This document shows, piece after piece, positions 61,086-64,000 of a stretch of 64,000 nt of DNA. Location of the stretch: NCBI RefSeq assembly GCF_039654945.1, contig NW_027361684.1, forward strand, positions 8,122,001 to 8,186,000, read 5' to 3'. Each line of letters begins with the position of its first letter. The first letter of the stretch is position 1. Origin of the DNA: Dendrobates tinctorius (lineage: Eukaryota). Both the position numbers and the translations under genes were made by a program. The notes below the pieces were generated by a model. The model saw only the letters and a program-made list of their open reading frames with translations. It was not told the DNA's origin and made no database searches.

Positions 61086-62000
61086 CTGAAAAAAAAAAAA
61101 AAAAAATTGTAATGCTTGCAGTGATGAAACCCAAATAGCTGTAATAAAAACCCAGCAAAATGAAAAAACTGTAGGATGCCGCGCTGATGGCAGCAGTACG
61201 GCTCGTGAATGCTAAGGCGCCGATTGCCTGCAGCAGTCACTTGGCGGATACTACAACTCAGCGCTGACAATCTCTATACAAGCAAAACAGGGAACAAGCT
61301 GGTGCAGCGGCGCAAGATCAGGGGGAAAGAGGCGAGTGCCGATTCCTATATTTTAGAACATGGTCTACTCCCTTTTTCTCAGCTCAAGCACCCAGACACT
61401 AGTATAAGTCACTAATCCCTGTTACAGCACAAGGATGCCGCCACATTGAGCCAAGAGGCAGATTACAGAGGCGAAACTGTCAGTGCCAGCTGTACATAGC
61501 GGGTGCCAACACTTCAAAAACTGTTAATTAACACATCTTGGCAGATTTCTCATGCCCCTGTACACGGAGCACAAAACATAAGCAATATTGTTGGGAACAA
61601 AGGACATATATTGGTAACCGCAGGAAATAAATTATAACTGGCGTCACACCTTCTCTGCGGATTGTTGCTGGCTTTTACATGGCACATGGTTGGCAGCAAT
61701 GGACACAGTTTTCCAAGGCACAAACATATAACAAAAAAAAATGCCGTAAGAAGCAGATAAACATGCTGGTCTTTGTAGGAGCGCTGTAAAGAGCAAGGTG
61801 TAAACATAGAAAAAACATAAGACGCAGTTTGCTCACAGTGGGGATAATGTAACTGCCAATGAATGGAGAGAAAAACAATAGAGGATAAATGGTGCTGACT
61901 ACATCTACATGTTGTGCTCTGCCAAATACAGGCCCGACAATGGATATGCTCCGAGAATAAAACACTCATATACTCCCACACTTCTCTACATTTCACCTAC

Positions 62001-62122
62001 CCAACAGTTGCCTTCTTGAGTTTGGCACAAAGCAAGAGGTCTGTAAACAAGAAAAGATGCCGCAGTTTTCGGGAGTTTTCTGAAAGTTCAACCAAGAAGC
62101 CATCTTTTACAAGTTGACGGGT
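62001..62122 (-). CDS. ABR: ABR internal exon (start of PH domain): [41 protein letters not shown]
   Basis: 122 nt. Acceptor ttttcag|ACC, donor GG|gtaggt (phase 2). The peptide matches the BCR/ABR PH-domain start. Confidence 0.96.
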
Positions 62123-64000
62123 CTGAAAAATAAACCAAAAAGCAAATAGTACCATACAAATGAATAGGTCACATATATAATTATAAAATTTGGGTGATAT
62201 ATTCCAACTCATAGTAGTAGCAGCTCTGCCAAGACATGCTTGATTTACACCACGTAACAGAAAATGACATGCGCACTTTCCATACACAGCTACAGGCCAC
62301 GGGGCTCTAACTGTAGAGCCTTTAAAGAGTTTGTCTGGTCACAAGATATTGATGAGCCATCTCTATAAAATATAGAATATAAGTTATAAGTAATTGATAT
62401 GAGATTAGTAGGGGTTCGACGTCCGGCAACCCCAATGATCAGCAATTATTGGATCCAGCTGTGTCTGGATGTGAACACTGAATCCTGTGCTACACTGCTC
62501 CAAGTCGTGTGTGGCAGCCGCTGCATGATGCTTCTTCCAAATCTTTTGAAGGTGTTGCAGCTACAGCACAACAGCTCTTATTTTCTGGAAGGTGTAGCAG
62601 CCGCTGCTGGGTACTGAAGACCAGCCCCTATTTTCTTGAATGTGTAGCAGCTGCTGCCGTATGTTGCAGAACAGCACTGATTAGTAGCTGTTCTGCGATA
62701 CCCAGGAGCAGCTGCTACATACTGAATGGAGTTGCGCATTTGTAGCTCCATTCACTGTTTACATCCAACCAGCATTGCTTCTAACAGCTAACAATGGGGA
62801 TGCCGGGAGCCCCACTGTTCTGATATCGGTGCCCTATCCGGTGTGATCAGACAAACTTTTTACAATAAAACTAACACAATGAGGGTCAGATTGACCAATA
62901 TCAATATCGCCACGTTTGGACTATAGTACAATGTGTATGGGGGCCCCAACAGATTATGTTGGGAGAGAAAAAGAACTGGAACGTTGGATTTTGGACATCT
63001 GATCCATTTGTGTTGTAAGAGAGAAGATGCCACCATAGATGTCTGGTAGCGGCTCCATCCTAGAGATCACAGGTGCGGTTGATAGAGTGAGCTTTCCTGT
63101 GTATGGGAAGTCAGAAAAGATACCTGCTGGCTAAATGATTGGCCGAACCGTAATTCGACCGAAGTCTATGTAAAGTGTATTGGGAAGGTCTAAACACCAG
63201 ACAGTCTTAAAACGGGAACAACGTATCATAAATTGGCACATTATTAGTCACTTCTGCCCAATTTTACATCACATATTGATTGGCTTTGTTTATGATAATA
63301 TTTGAGACGTTTTGGTGCATATTGTTCTATTTTAAGTCACAGTCTCTCTAGAAATGGATATGTACTGGCCACGTGGATTTTATGGAAAGGCTCAGACAAA
63401 TCTACAGTACATGTAGCCGCTGTTTCTTCTGTGTAAAGTGAACAATTCCAATTGTGCAAATCGGGGTAATACATTTCAATCAGCCCCATAAACTTCCTAG
63501 GTGTCTTTACCTGTAGCTCACCTATAATATTTCTCATATTCACAACTTTAAACTGTATCTTCCAGTCAGATGGGCAGGGAGGGAATGCCGCCTACTTCCT
63601 GAACGCATGCCTGAGCAGCAGCTACCTGACACTGAATTTGGCAGATACTAAGCCAATACTCACTTACTTGACTTTTGTAACAAGAAAAAAAACAAATCTT
63701 CAATCCAACTTTTTTTTCTGTCCAAGTAAACATATGCTATGAAACTTATTTTGAGACATTTGTAATTGCATGCATATGGCAAGGCATTGAAACGGTTATA
63801 TAGCAAGCAAGAAGGGCAGATTTTTGACACAATTAAGACTCGCTCTTTGCACTATAAAACATTATCATTATCCGCAGCGTTCTCCGAAAGAGCCACATTG
63901 TCAGCAGATGCACAGCTGTCTGATTCAACGGCTGAGTGTGTGTGGCGAAGATGCCACACTGGAGTGGCTGGAACAATGGAGCATATTAATATAGACTGTT

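Noticed and set aside
30458-62122. Assignment as BCR
   Set aside because: Diagnostic segments ([57 protein letters not shown]) follow ABR.

Overview
Eukaryotic (vertebrate; the repeat landscape suggests a frog, by inference) genomic DNA inside the ABR gene (active BCR-related RhoGEF/RhoGAP) on the minus strand. Eight internal exons (62122 down to 30458, 900 nt) splice at GT-AG boundaries into one 300-codon frame covering the PH and C2 domains. Positions 1-30457 are a single long intron, which contains a candidate alternative first exon at about 2780-3025. The introns are packed with transposable elements: three Tc1-type elements (one almost intact DD34E, one DD38E/Intruder-type), a full-length irritans-type mariner, a 5'-truncated L1 with TSD, an RTE LINE carrying nested insertions, two near-identical young CR1 ends, a solo LTR, a tRNA-derived SINE head and many MITEs. 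Three observations stand out. (i) The 5.3-kb, 65-bp satellite sits inside a hAT-type element (15-bp TIRs, 8-bp TSD), and its monomer contains a copy of the TIR. (ii) Several minimal hammerhead-ribozyme-like motifs of the Penelope type occur, one with an intact core. (iii) MITEs stack head-to-tail at shared TAA sites. All family assignments come from motif recognition; no database search was run.
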